From an uncultured Patescibacteria group bacterium (GTDB lineage Bacteria > Patescibacteriota > Minisyncoccia > Phycocordibacterales > UBA12088): DNA of 64,000 nucleotides. The notes below the pieces were generated by a model. The model ran no database searches and was not told the origin of the DNA. It saw nothing but the letters and a program-made list of their open reading frames with translations. The stretch's first letter is position 1; every line of letters starts with the position of its first letter. Location of the stretch: contig CAMYLP010000003.1 of assembly GCA_947259245.1 (NCBI GenBank), positions 27,118 through 91,117 of the forward strand, read 5' to 3'. Shown here one piece after another: positions 1 to 10,900 of the stretch. Made by a program: the position numbers and the translations under genes.

Positions 1-77
1 CGTATGCGCTCTGGGCTTGCAAGACGTATTGACACTGCGTCGAATTCATCTGCGTTTTTGAATGTTCCTACTTTCAT
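1..77 (-). CDS. rpoC: RNA polymerase beta' subunit, N-terminal fragment (runs off the window)
   Basis: Manual translation MKVGTFKNADEFDAVSIRLASPERIR matches the RpoC N-terminus (IxLASPExIR); it lies directly downstream of rpoB. Confidence 0.93.
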   Translation of the reverse strand, partial: MKVGTFKNADEFDAVSIRLASPERI

Positions 78-96
78 GTTTGTATCGCAAAGCGCA

Positions 97-3000
97 TTAG
101 TTTGTAACGTCCGCGTCAGTCTTTTCAAGTCGCACATCAAGAGCGAGAGCACGGAGATGATGAATAAGGACGTTAAACGCGGCAGGCGTGTTCGTCTGTG
201 TTATGTGTCCATCTCGTACGATCGCGTCGAAGGCAGCTGAGCGTCCCTGAATGTCATCAGATTTGACCGTTAGCATCTCACGAAGCGTATATGCGCTTCC
301 ATAGCCCAAGAGTGCCCAGACTTCCATTTCCCCAAATCGTTGACCACCGTTCTGCGCCTTACCGCCGAGCGGCTGTTGTGTAATGAGTGAATATGGTCCT
401 ATGGAACGCATATGGATCTTGTCTTCCACCATATGATGCAGCTTCATAATATACATGTAGCCGATCGCTACCTTCTGGTCGAAGTGCTCACCGGTTCTCC
501 CATCACGAAGTGCGACTTTACCATCTTCAGGATAGCCGGCTTCGACAAGTTCACGCTTGATCTCTTCTTCCGTTGCCCCAGCAAACGGAGGCGTGATGGC
601 CTGATAGTTCAGTGTGTGAGCAGCAAGTCCGAGGTGCAGCTCCAAAATCTGTCCTAGGTTCATACGACTCGGTACGCCGAGAGGTGTCAGTATCACGTCG
701 ATTGGTGTTCCATCCTCTAGGTACGGCATGTCCTCTTCGGGAAGTATTCGGGAAATAACACCTTTGTTTCCGTGTCGTCCCGCCAACTTATCACCCACTG
801 CGACGTTTCGTACCTGTGCAACTGTCACCTGTACTTTCTTCAAAATACCTGATTCTAGATTGTCACCACTCTCTCTGGAAAACACCTTCACGCCAACGAT
901 GCGGCCCCGCTTACCTCCCTCCAAACGGAGAGACGTGTCCTTGACATCTTTGGCCTTCTCTCCAAATATCGAGCGCAGTAAACGTTCCTCGGGAGTCAGC
1001 TGACTTTCTCCCTTAGGCGTGACCTTACCGACAAGTATGTCTCCCGAGTGCACCTCAGCACCGATACGTACGACACCCTCCTCGTCCAAGTTTTTAAGCT
1101 TTGCTTCTCCAACATTTGGTATGTCGTGGGTTGTCACCTCGGATCCCAACTTCGTGTCACGTACGATACACTCGAAAACTTCCATATGTATTGAACTGAA
1201 CTTTGCATTTTTCACCAGACGCTCAGACAGTACGATGGCATCCTCGTAGTTAGCACCGCTCCACGGCATAAACGCCACAAGCACATTTTGTCCCAACGCC
1301 AACTGTCCATTTACTGTGGAACTTGTGTCCGCCAAAAGCTGACCCTTTTTTATCTTATCTCCCGCGTTGACCACGGGGCGCTGATGAAACGCAGACATGT
1401 CATTTGTTCTTGAAAAACTTATGAGTGGATACTCACGTGTCTTACCCTTGGCGTTCTTTATCACGATCTTGCTTGCATCACAGACTGTTACCGTACCCGC
1501 CTCGGCAGCTTGCACTAGCCGACCCGTGTCCTGTGCCGCTCTCGACTCAATGCCCGTGGCAACCAGCGGGACCTCAGGGACGAGGCACGGTGTTGCTTGT
1601 TTCTGCATGTTTGAACCCATGAGCGCACGGTTCGCGTCGTCGTTCTCCAAAAACGGGATCATGCTCGTGGCAATGGAAAACGGTTGTGTTGTTGCAACGT
1701 CCATGTACTCTACCTTCTCTCGCGGAACAAGTGTTGGCTCTCCACGATGCCTCACTTCTATCTGATCCTCAACAATAACACCCTTATCGTTGATCACGGT
1801 GGCTGCGTGCGCAACAAACGCTCCTTCCTCTTGAAGGGCGTTCAAATAGATAAGTTCGTCCGTAAGCTTACCTTTCACAACCTTCACGTACGGGGTCTGT
1901 ATGAAGCCAAACTTATCGATGATACTAAAGTTGGCAAGGTGAAGTATGAGACCAATATTTGGTCCTTCCGGTGTGTGTATTGGGCATACTCGCCCATAGT
2001 GACTTGGGTGCACATCACGCACTTCAAATCCTGCCCGCTCACGCGTAAGGCCCCCTGGTCCCAGTGCGGAGAGTGTTCGCAAGTGCTCAAGCTCCGTCAA
2101 CATGTTCTGTTGTTGCATGAACTGCGACAGCTGGTTTGTGGTAAAGAACTCTTTTATTGCTGCTTGTAGCGGACGTGGATTTATTATCGTAACAGGGCTT
2201 GATGTCTCCGGTTCAATAGTAGACATTCTATCCTGTATGTTTCTTTTCATACGGCTCACACCGACACGTATCTTTTGCTGCATCATCTCACCCACGAATC
2301 GTACACGTCGGAATCCAAGGTGGTCTATATCGTCGGCTACAGCCTCCGGATCATGATTTAGTTCAATAATGTGCGTGACTATGGTTACAAGGTCGTCAAG
2401 ACTGACGGTGCGTCGATTGAGCTCCGTAGGTGTCTTTGCCTTTTCAAAACGCTGGTTAAAACGGTGACGTCCTACCTCAGAAAGATCGTATCGTTCCTCG
2501 GAGAGAACCGACTCGACGAACTCACGCGCAGCATCTGTTGTTGCAATATCACCGTCTCGCATGCGACGGTACATCTCGATGATGGCGTCGTTTGTTGACT
2601 TCGCCGGGTCCTTTTCCAACGTTGTTTGTATCCACTCCTTGCCGTGGGGTACGCGCGAGAACAAGTCCAACATGTCTTTGTCGAAACGTGCACCTAGAAT
2701 ACGCAAGAATGAGGTGACGGGTATTTTTCGTTTTCTGTCGATACGGACGTAAATAGCCCCGTCAGCCTCAGATTCGATCTCAATCCACACTCCACGACCG
2801 GGTATTATTTTAGCGCCAAAGTATGTATTGCCCTTAATGATCTGGCTAGTGAAGAAGACACCAGAGCTTCGTGCCAGTTGCGGAACTACAACACGCTCAA
2901 CACCGTTGATGATGAATGTGCCGTGGTCTGTCATCATGGGGAAATCCGCCAGAAACATTTCTTGCCGGTTCTCGGTACCCAATGTCTTGTTCTTTAAGTT

Positions 3001-3279
3001 GACTATGCACTTCAGTGGGGCCTCGTATGTACGCATGTTCTGTTTCGCGTAGTACTCGTCATACTGAGGTTCACCAAGATCGTAGCTCACAAGGTGTAAG
3101 TCGAACTTTTTTTCGCCGTAGTCACGTATCGGCGAAAATTCCTTAAACACTTCACTGATTCCTTTCTCAACCAGCCACGTAAAACTGTTAAGTTGTGGCT
3201 CTACGAGGTTCGGTAGTTCAGCGTGTGCTTCACGGTATCTAGAGAATGTTTTCTGCGCGCTCTGAGACTTTGTGGACAT
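97..3279 (-). CDS. rpoB: RNA polymerase beta subunit
   Basis: 1060 aa; GTFIINGVERV, RDVHPSHYGR, TPEGPNIGL, GDKLAGRHGNKG, GGQRFGEME motifs. Confidence 0.99.
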   Translation of the reverse strand: MSTKSQSAQKTFSRYREAHAELPNLVEPQLNSFTWLVEKGISEVFKEFSPIRDYGEKKFDLHLVSYDLGEPQYDEYYAKQNMRTYEAPLKCIVNLKNKTLGTENRQEMFLADFPMMTDHGTFIINGVERVVVPQLARSSGVFFTSQIIKGNTYFGAKIIPGRGVWIEIESEADGAIYVRIDRKRKIPVTSFLRILGARFDKDMLDLFSRVPHGKEWIQTTLEKDPAKSTNDAIIEMYRRMRDGDIATTDAAREFVESVLSEERYDLSEVGRHRFNQRFEKAKTPTELNRRTVSLDDLVTIVTHIIELNHDPEAVADDIDHLGFRRVRFVGEMMQQKIRVGVSRMKRNIQDRMSTIEPETSSPVTIINPRPLQAAIKEFFTTNQLSQFMQQQNMLTELEHLRTLSALGPGGLTRERAGFEVRDVHPSHYGRVCPIHTPEGPNIGLILHLANFSIIDKFGFIQTPYVKVVKGKLTDELIYLNALQEEGAFVAHAATVINDKGVIVEDQIEVRHRGEPTLVPREKVEYMDVATTQPFSIATSMIPFLENDDANRALMGSNMQKQATPCLVPEVPLVATGIESRAAQDTGRLVQAAEAGTVTVCDASKIVIKNAKGKTREYPLISFSRTNDMSAFHQRPVVNAGDKIKKGQLLADTSSTVNGQLALGQNVLVAFMPWSGANYEDAIVLSERLVKNAKFSSIHMEVFECIVRDTKLGSEVTTHDIPNVGEAKLKNLDEEGVVRIGAEVHSGDILVGKVTPKGESQLTPEERLLRSIFGEKAKDVKDTSLRLEGGKRGRIVGVKVFSRESGDNLESGILKKVQVTVAQVRNVAVGDKLAGRHGNKGVISRILPEEDMPYLEDGTPIDVILTPLGVPSRMNLGQILELHLGLAAHTLNYQAITPPFAGATEEEIKRELVEAGYPEDGKVALRDGRTGEHFDQKVAIGYMYIMKLHHMVEDKIHMRSIGPYSLITQQPLGGKAQNGGQRFGEMEVWALLGYGSAYTLREMLTVKSDDIQGRSAAFDAIVRDGHITQTNTPAAFNVLIHHLRALALDVRLEKTDADVTN

Positions 3280-3484
3280 AGCAACGGTAGTTTACTTCAC
3301 GAATAAAACCGGTCCGCACGAAATAGATTATGAAAAAATGTTCGCACACATCAAAATCCCTCAGCAGAGGGACAAAGGTAGCCGCGCTACGCTATGTGCG
3401 TTTCCGTACAGACCATTATAATGTAACGTATTTAATAGAGAGTGCGCAGCATCCGAAACTCAATCACTCAGAAACGTTAGCGGT

Positions 3485-3512
3485 AGTATAGTCAAGAATG
3501 GGTATTTGTCAA
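3485..3512 (-). promoter_or_regulatory. sigma70-type promoter of rpoBC
   Basis: TTGACA-16 nt-TATACT on the minus strand, about 200 nt upstream of rpoB. Confidence 0.65.
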
Positions 3513-3528
3513 CCGTGGTCAAGAGGCG

Positions 3529-3537
3529 TTATCCACA
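3529..3537 (+). promoter_or_regulatory. consensus DnaA box
   Basis: TTATCCACA, intergenic, just upstream of the rpoB -35 element. Confidence 0.4.
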
Positions 3538-3568
3538 TTTTTGTAAATCTTGCTGGTGTATCGGGTTG

Positions 3569-4213
3569 TTACGTTCTTCCCTTTCGCCACTCTTCAATAT
3601 CTTTATGGTTTCCTGACAGGAGCACCTCTGGTACTTTGTAACGTTTTCCCTTCCATGTTAGCACTTCAGGCCGCGTGTACACCTCCGACGCAGCGATGCG
3701 ACGTTCCTCGATAGACTCGTCATCACCCAGGACGCCTGGCAACCTTCGTGTGATAGCGTCGAGCATGACCATGGCTGGTAATTCACCACCGGTGAGAGTA
3801 TAGGGGCCTATGGTCACAGCCTCTGCACGCAGTATCTTCTTCACGCGCGCGTCCACCCCTTCGTAGCGACCACAGATGAGGATGACGTGCTTTAGTCTCG
3901 TTGCAAGTTTTTCTGCATACACAGTATCAAACTGCTTACCACCCGGCTCAAAAAAAATGATTTTCACCTTTCGACGATTCTTCCTCCCAAGCGCTTTTGT
4001 CACCGCCTTCAACACACTCTCAGCTTCAAGGACCATGCCGGGGCCACCACCGTATGGCCGTCTGTCAACACGGGACCACTTGTCCTTGGTGAAGTCGCGT
4101 GGATTATAAAAGCTGACACGTATCGTCTTGCTCTCGATTGCACGCTTCACTATTGACTCGTTGATGTATGACTCGAACGCCTTTGGAAACAAGGTAATGA
4201 TGTGGAAATGCAT
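3569..4213 (-). CDS. trmD: tRNA (guanine37-N1)-methyltransferase
   Basis: ITLFP, RPYGGGPGMVL, CGRYEGVDAR, LTGGELPA motifs; start moved to MHFHIITLFP. Confidence 0.97.
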   Translation of the reverse strand: MHFHIITLFPKAFESYINESIVKRAIESKTIRVSFYNPRDFTKDKWSRVDRRPYGGGPGMVLEAESVLKAVTKALGRKNRRKVKIIFFEPGGKQFDTVYAEKLATRLKHVILICGRYEGVDARVKKILRAEAVTIGPYTLTGGELPAMVMLDAITRRLPGVLGDDESIEERRIAASEVYTRPEVLTWKGKRYKVPEVLLSGNHKDIEEWRKGRT

Positions 4214-4240
4214 AGCGGTACTATACCCCACTTCGCATAA

Positions 4241-4270
4241 AAACAAACACCTGCGGTCAGGTGTTTGTTT
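4241..4270. terminator. intrinsic terminator downstream of khpA
   Basis: Perfect 13-bp stem AAACAAACACCTG-cggt-CAGGTGTTTGTTT. Confidence 0.75.
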
Positions 4271-4286
4271 CTTATTGTGTATGTGT

Positions 4287-4685
4287 TTAGAGCTTCAGGT
4301 CTGCCATCGCCTCATCGAGACTCTTTGCCGCATCTGTTTCTGGTGCCGCATCAGCTGCTGGAGCATCATCAGCTGCAGGAGCGTCGTCGGCTGCCGCTGT
4401 TGCAGGTGCACCGCCCTCCTTGCTGCGCAGACCACCTTCTGGTTCATTGATCTTTAAGTTCACACGTGCATTGTTTTTCATCCCAACAACACGGAGAAGC
4501 GTCCGGATGGCCTTTGCGGTGTTGCCACTGCGACCAATTATTTTTCCCATGTCTTCTGCGTGGATGTCGAGTGTAAGTAGTACTCCCATCTCATCTACAG
4601 TTCGGTCCACCTTTACTGCTTCTGGGTGGTCTACCAATCCCTTTACGACAAACTCGAGGAATGCCTGATCATCTTCTTGCTGCAT
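4287..4685 (-). CDS. khpA: KH-domain RNA-binding protein (KhpA/YlqC family) with an acidic Ala-rich tail
   Basis: DMGKIIGRSGNTAKAIRTLL (GxxG KH motif); canonical rpsP-khpA-trmD order. Confidence 0.9.
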   Translation of the reverse strand: MQQEDDQAFLEFVVKGLVDHPEAVKVDRTVDEMGVLLTLDIHAEDMGKIIGRSGNTAKAIRTLLRVVGMKNNARVNLKINEPEGGLRSKEGGAPATAAADDAPAADDAPAADAAPETDAAKSLDEAMADLKL

Positions 4686-4781
4686 AGTAGTTTTTTACTG
4701 AGTTCTTCTAAAGCTGTCTTACGACCTGATAACGTACACAATTGTACCTTGCATACATGGGAGAGCAAGTCTGAAGTGTGC

Positions 4782-5201
4782 TTACGCGGCCACTTCCTCT
4801 TTCTTCCCCTCTTCTTTCGGCTCTTCAGCCTCCTTCTCTACTACCTCTTTTTGTGCTTCTTTGTCACCTTCTTTTGATGGTTCATCGGACGCCTCTTCGG
4901 CGACTTCCTCCTCAGCTTCCTTTTGGATAGGATTCTTCTTTGGGAGGACGTTCTTCTTGTCTCCTTTGATGACCTTGTGCGTGACAAGCAGGTTGTGTAG
5001 CGTGTCACTTACCTGCGCACCGTTCGAGATCCACTTTTTCACACTTTCTTCATTCACACTGAAAGCGTCAGTGTGCGGGTTATAGTTACCGATTACCTCA
5101 AGGTAGTTGCCACTCTGTGGTCCACGCGTGTGTTCCGTAACAACAACTCGGAATTCGGCGTGATTACGGCGCCCGACACGTTGTAGTCTGATGATTAACA
5201 T
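4782..5201 (-). CDS. rpsP: 30S ribosomal protein S16 with acidic C-terminal extension
   Basis: MLIIRLQRVGRRN...GNYNP...WISNGAQVSDT. Confidence 0.97.
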   Translation of the reverse strand: MLIIRLQRVGRRNHAEFRVVVTEHTRGPQSGNYLEVIGNYNPHTDAFSVNEESVKKWISNGAQVSDTLHNLLVTHKVIKGDKKNVLPKKNPIQKEAEEEVAEEASDEPSKEGDKEAQKEVVEKEAEEPKEEGKKEEVAA

Positions 5202-5252
5202 AGTGGCAGATACAGTACCAGATGAAATAGGGCTGGTCAACCTATGACGTGT

Positions 5253-5963
5253 TCATGCATTCCATCCTTTGGTCTCTAGTGCACATTGTGCGGCAGACTG
5301 CTCCGCCTCCTGTTTACTTCTTCCCGCGCCCTCAGCAACAAGTTCTTCATCAAGATACGCTCCAACGACGAATCGTTTATCGTGGTCAGGTCCATCTTCT
5401 GCAATGATGGCATATCGGGGCGTGATGGAGACATGTTCCTGCGCCTCTTCTTGGAAACGACTCTTACTATCTTGCCACAAGCGTTGTCTAACAACCTCGT
5501 CGACAAGAGGAAATATGTTTACCGCTATAAAACGCTGAGCATCATCATAGCCCATTCCGAGATATATCGCACCGATAACAGCCTCGAATGTGTTTGCGAG
5601 GATGTACTGTCGAGCACGACCCGTGTCTCGAGATTCTCCTCGGCTTAAGAGCAGAAGATCGTTCATGTCAAGTTTTGACGCTGCATCACTTATTGTGTTT
5701 GTGTTTACAAGAGCTGCTCTGTAGGAAGTTAACTCACCCTCAGTGCTGTCTGGATACTTGTCGTACAGAAATCTTGTGACGGCTAATTCCAATACCGCGT
5801 CACCTAAAAACTCCAGCCGCTCGTTATGCTCGATTGGATCGCCACGATGCTCATTGACGTAACTCCTGTGTGTAAACGCTGTACGGAGTAGTGACAGGTC
5901 CATGGTCGCGACCTCAAGTTTTTGTGCAAACTGTTGTAAGTGCTTTGTGTAGTCTTCATTCAT
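5253..5963 (-). CDS. rnc: ribonuclease III
   Basis: HNERLEFLGDAVL signature; C-terminal dsRBD (GPDH...GRSKQEAEQ). Confidence 0.98.
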   Translation of the reverse strand: MNEDYTKHLQQFAQKLEVATMDLSLLRTAFTHRSYVNEHRGDPIEHNERLEFLGDAVLELAVTRFLYDKYPDSTEGELTSYRAALVNTNTISDAASKLDMNDLLLLSRGESRDTGRARQYILANTFEAVIGAIYLGMGYDDAQRFIAVNIFPLVDEVVRQRLWQDSKSRFQEEAQEHVSITPRYAIIAEDGPDHDKRFVVGAYLDEELVAEGAGRSKQEAEQSAAQCALETKGWNA

Positions 5964-6021
5964 GTTTCTTGTAGAGCGTGTTGATACACGCTCGACGCAG
6001 TGCAGTCATGAGAGCTGACTG

Positions 6022-6957
6022 CTACTTTTTTTTGGCGTCCTGTGGGTTTAACAGTATGTTAATTGCCTTGGTAATGATGGTCAGAATGTCGTGGTAGAAG
6101 TTCAGCTCAAGTATGTCGGCAAGCTTGAACCAACGAGCGTCGTCCAATCCTCCCTTTTCTTCTAACACAATATCAGCAAAAGGCGCTTCGAGAAGAAAGT
6201 ACGTGACATGTTTGCGTATCTTACCCTTCTCAGGGTTGCTAGCCACATACTCATTCTCACCAAGTTTTTCTCTGAGGTCCGCATCAAGGCCAAGTTCTTG
6301 CTTTATCTCACGTATCGTACCTTGTTCTTCGGTTTCAGCGTCTTCTATTCCACCCTTGGGCAGTGTCCAGTGACCAAAGACATCGTGTACAAGTGCTACA
6401 TATACGTCATCATCATGCCGTGCGTACACGACAGCCCCACCCTTGCGCTCGACGGGCATTTGGTCATATGGTACCAGCGGATGTTTCTTTCTTTCCTTGC
6501 GCTTGCTCGTCTCATCCTTACCTGGTTCACCAAGCTCTTTATATACGGATCCAAGTACGCCGTTGATGAATCTCCCAGAGGATTCACCCCCGAAGTTCTT
6601 ACCAAGTTCTATTGCCTCATTAATTGCCACTTTGGCAGGAACCTCACTACGATCAGCAAAAAGAAGTTCAAATAAGCCGATACGCAGTATGTTGCGATCC
6701 ACCCGTGAAATTTTATCTAGCGGCCATTCCGGAGCAGCCTTAGTTATGACCGCGTCCAGATCATTTTGCTTTTGGAGTATACCATCCAACAATGCCGTCA
6801 TAAACGGCTTATCTTGACTGTCGGGAGCAAACTCTCCAATATTTCTTTCAAGTATGTTGTTCGTGGCCGGGGTATTGTCGGAATTATCTTCGAGGTTCAT
6901 GTCCCACTCGAAGAGTGTCTGCAGTACAATAGACCGAGATAGGTGCCTGTTTGACAT
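6022..6957 (-). CDS. nusB: transcription antitermination factor NusB fused to a C-terminal NUDIX hydrolase domain
   Basis: N-terminal DRNILRIGLFEL, VAINEAIELGK, FINGVL; C-terminal WTLPKGGIEDAETEEQGTIREIKQELGL Nudix box. Confidence 0.92.
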   Translation of the reverse strand: MSNRHLSRSIVLQTLFEWDMNLEDNSDNTPATNNILERNIGEFAPDSQDKPFMTALLDGILQKQNDLDAVITKAAPEWPLDKISRVDRNILRIGLFELLFADRSEVPAKVAINEAIELGKNFGGESSGRFINGVLGSVYKELGEPGKDETSKRKERKKHPLVPYDQMPVERKGGAVVYARHDDDVYVALVHDVFGHWTLPKGGIEDAETEEQGTIREIKQELGLDADLREKLGENEYVASNPEKGKIRKHVTYFLLEAPFADIVLEEKGGLDDARWFKLADILELNFYHDILTIITKAINILLNPQDAKKK

Positions 6958-7030
6958 TGTGCTAGAAAGTGCTGGTCGAGGCGCTTCGAAGTCCCATTAG
7001 TACACACGTTCCACCGGGGCTTCAAAAAGC

Positions 7031-7285
7031 CTACTTCTTTTCTGAGGCCTTTTTCTGACTCTTTTCCGTGGCCTCCGTCTTATTCGCGGACTTTTTTGGT
7101 GTCCCGGCAGGGGTGTTTTCACCCATTGCTATGATCTGCTTTCCGCGATACATACCGGTAGCGGGGTCCATAAAATGCCTACGGCGCGAACCGCTAGGCG
7201 TTTTCACAAGACGCGGCGTACCTGCGCGATGATGCGCGCGACGGCTTGCTGTCTTGCTATGGGTTAGCTTCATCCGTACCGACAT
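7031..7285 (-). CDS. rpmF: 50S ribosomal protein L32 (no Zn-binding cysteines)
   Basis: MSVRMKLTHSKTASRRAHH...RRHFMDPATGMYRGKQI; position upstream of nusB/rnc. Confidence 0.85.
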   Translation of the reverse strand: MSVRMKLTHSKTASRRAHHRAGTPRLVKTPSGSRRRHFMDPATGMYRGKQIIAMGENTPAGTPKKSANKTEATEKSQKKASEKK

Positions 7286-7375
7286 TGCAGCAACTATACC
7301 CAGAAATGGGAGAAATGCAAGCATTCTTGTCCACTTGTACAGCCTCTGCGCCCCATAAACGAGCTTGTGGGCTCG

Positions 7376-7963
7376 TTACGTACTCCTGACCGCTTTACAG
7401 TAGGTGTGGCGGTGTACGGGCGTTAATCCGTGTCTCTGTATGGCTCGACGATGTATTTCCGTACCATAACCTTTGTGGGTATGGAATTTGTATTCTGGGT
7501 ACCTCGGGTGTTGTTTTCCCATGTACCTATCGCGCGTGACCTTGGCCGCTATAGAAGCTGCACCGATGAGTGGCTCAAGTGCATCACCTCGTATGATAGT
7601 ATCTTGGCTCTTATATTTTTTGGGAGCATAGAGAGCACCATCGAGCAAAATGTGTGTTTCGTCAGGATGTAAGGCCAGCTTGCTAAGACACCGTGACAAA
7701 GCGGTGCGGATTGCCCATTGTATTCCCTTTCGGTCGATCAGTGGTGCCCCCACCATGGAAACCGTAAACCATAGATCTGTGGCCGACATAAGTGCATCAT
7801 ATAATTCTGACCTTTTGTTTTCTGTTACTGACTTGGAGTCACACATCTGCGGCAGTACGTCTGGGACATGACTGGTGTCAATACAAACAGCCCCTACAGC
7901 CACAGGACCTGCGAGAGGTCCCCGCCCAGCTTCATCTATACCCACCAGATAGCGCGCTTTCAT
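7376..7963 (-). CDS. rnhB: ribonuclease HII
   Basis: GIDEAGRGPLAGPV, DSK, ASIAAKVTRD, KGYGT. Confidence 0.97.
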   Translation of the reverse strand: MKARYLVGIDEAGRGPLAGPVAVGAVCIDTSHVPDVLPQMCDSKSVTENKRSELYDALMSATDLWFTVSMVGAPLIDRKGIQWAIRTALSRCLSKLALHPDETHILLDGALYAPKKYKSQDTIIRGDALEPLIGAASIAAKVTRDRYMGKQHPRYPEYKFHTHKGYGTEIHRRAIQRHGLTPVHRHTYCKAVRST

Positions 7964-7996
7964 CTACCCATTGTAACAAAATGATATACTTCTCCC

Positions 7997-10900
7997 ATGT
8001 CGACATTTACGCATCTCCACACACACTCGCACTACTCCCTCTTAGGAGCAGTTCCGAAGATACCGCCGCTCGTTGCACGCGCTAAGGAGTATGGATTCAC
8101 ATCACTGGCTCTTACGGACAATGGAGCTCTGTACGGTGCAGTTGAGTTCTATAAAGCATGTCGGAAGGAAAATATTAAGCCGATCATCGGTGTCGATGCC
8201 TACCTTGCGCCGAGAAGCCGAATCGACATGGAACGAGGCATTGACGATAAGCGAACGCGTCTTGTACTACTTGCTGAGAACAACACCGGTTACGTAAACC
8301 TCATACGACTGGTCACAGCATCGTACATGGAGGGATTCTTTGACAAGCCACGCATGGATCGCGAAGTACTTGAGAAGTGGCACGAGGGCGTCATTGCGAT
8401 ACTACCGTCATTCTCGGGAGAGCATATATCCGCCCTCCGTGGATCTGACATGGCAAAAGCGGTTGCCATTGTACGTTGGTATCAGGACACCTTCGGAAAA
8501 GACAATGTGTTCCTGGAACTCTCCCATCACTCTGAGATAGAGGGTCATGAGTATCTCCAGGAACAAATACAGCAGCTGTCGAGCGAGTCAGGCTCTGAAC
8601 TTGTTGCAGCGCACAACACGTACTACTTACATCCTGAGGACAGACTTGCACGCGAAACGATGCTAAAGATCAGCACCACCGGCTCACTAGAGGGAGAGGA
8701 TTATTATGAAGATGAGGACTTGTCATTTATCACTCCTGAGACTGCTGAAAAACTCTTTGCGAATGAGCCGGAAGCGCTTCGAAACACAGCGGCACTGGCT
8801 GAACGATGCAACGTACAGATAGAATTGGGCCACTGGTACTTCCCCGACTTCAAAATAGAATCAGGCCGTACGGCCGATGAAGAACTTCAGCACCTTGCAC
8901 AACGGGGTCTTGCGTGGAGGGGTATGGCGTATGAAGGAACAGTAAAGAAACGTTTGGATTACGAGTTGGACATCATTAGGTCCAAGGGTTACGCAGGATA
9001 CTTTCTTGCAGTGGGTGATCTACTGCGGGAAGCGCGAGAGAGAGGCATTCTGACGACAATACGTGGTTCTGTTGCAGGTTCTCTTACAACATACGTACTT
9101 GGCATAACGAACGTTGACCCGTTAAAGTTGAACCTGCCGTTCGAACGTTTCTTAAATCCACATCGTCCCTCTGCGCCTGATATTGATATGGACTATGCAG
9201 ATAACAGGCGAGACGAAATGATCGAGTATGCAAAGGATAAGTATGGTCATGACAATGTTGCTCAGATCGGAACGTTTGGCACGATGATGGCACGAGCGGT
9301 GGTACGGGACGTAGCACGAGCACTTGGCTACGCGTATGGTGTGGGCGACAAGATAGCAAAAGTAATACCGTTTGGGTCGCAAGGTTTTCCAATGACCATC
9401 GACCACGCTCTTGAAAGTGAAAAAGAGTTTGCTGCCCTCTACAAGAAGGACAAGGACGTACAGCGCATCATTGACCTTGCGAAGAAGATAGAAGGATGTG
9501 CCCGGCACGTAGGCGTGCACGCGGCTGGCGTCGTAATAGCCCCAAGTCCGCTGGACAACTATGTTCCCGTACAGCCAGACCCAAAAGGTGGCGGTAAACT
9601 GATTACACAGTACGACATGCATAGCGTAGGTGAAGATGGTGTTGGACTTCTCAAATTTGACTTTCTTGGCATTAAAAACCTTTCGATACTAGCTGACGCA
9701 ATCGAGCGTGTGAAGGACCGACATGGTGTCGAGGTAGATATTGAGAACATACCACTCGATGATGCACGGACGTATGACATGCTCGCACAGGGTGAGACGG
9801 GAGGCGTATTCCAGTTGAACGGAGCTGCAATGACACGGTATTTGAAGGAGCTCAGACCAACAAGGATCGAGGACATAAACGCCATGATCGCACTCTACCG
9901 GCCGGGTCCAATGAAAAACATTCCCGAATACATTGCACGTAAACAGGGTCGAAAGCCAGTTCGCTATTTCCATCCGCGGGTCGCCAGCTTTCTCGAGCCC
10001 TCGTACGGTATTCTTGTATATCAAGATGACCTTCTCTTTACTGCGCTAGAACTCGCTGGCTACAACTGGGAAACAGTAGACAAGTTTCGTAAGGCAGTTG
10101 GAAAAAAGATTCCAGCTGAAATGGCGAAACAGCATGTTAAGTTTGTTGAAGGTTGTATGGAGCACAGTGACATGTCAAGGCGTGATGCGGAGGGTGTCTG
10201 GGAGTTGTTTGAGCCGTTTCAGGGGTACGGTTTCAACAAGGCGCATGCGGCTAGTTACGGTAAGGTCGCGTACCAAACTGCGTACATGAAGGCGAACTAT
10301 CCTGTGGAGTATATGGCCGCAATACTTACGGCTGACTCTGGCGATATCGATAAGGTAGCGGAGGCAGTTGTGGAGTGCGAGCGGATGAATATTCGGGTGC
10401 TGAAACCAGATGTCAACCAGAGTTTTGATACATTTACGTGCGTGCAAAAGGACGGGAAGGATGCTATACGATTTGGACTCAGCTCGATCAAGAACTTTGG
10501 TGAAGGTATTGCGCATACGATCATACAGGAGCGTGAACAACACGGACCGTACAACACCATCGATGACCTTCTCATGCGTATTCAAAGCAGGAACCTGAAT
10601 AAAAAATCCCTGGAGTCTCTAATCAAGTGTGGTGCATTGGATTCCTTTAAAGTAAAGCGCGGTAGGTTGCTGAAATACATTGACGAGTTGTTGGCCTTCA
10701 ACAAAGAACAGCATCAGGAAGTGGCACAGGCATCGCTCTTCACCGGCGATGTAGGGGGCAACGTTCTATCAATACCCGAAGCACCGGAAGCGTCACTTCA
10801 GGACATGCTTTCTTGGGAGAAGGAGTTGCTCGGTCTATACGTGTCCGGACATCCTCTCGATGTACACAGGGATCGCCTTGAACGCCTTGGACAAACAATA

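Noticed and set aside
4330-4410. Imperfect 18-nt repeats in khpA
   Set aside because: They encode a low-complexity AADDAP tail; no spacers, so not a CRISPR array.
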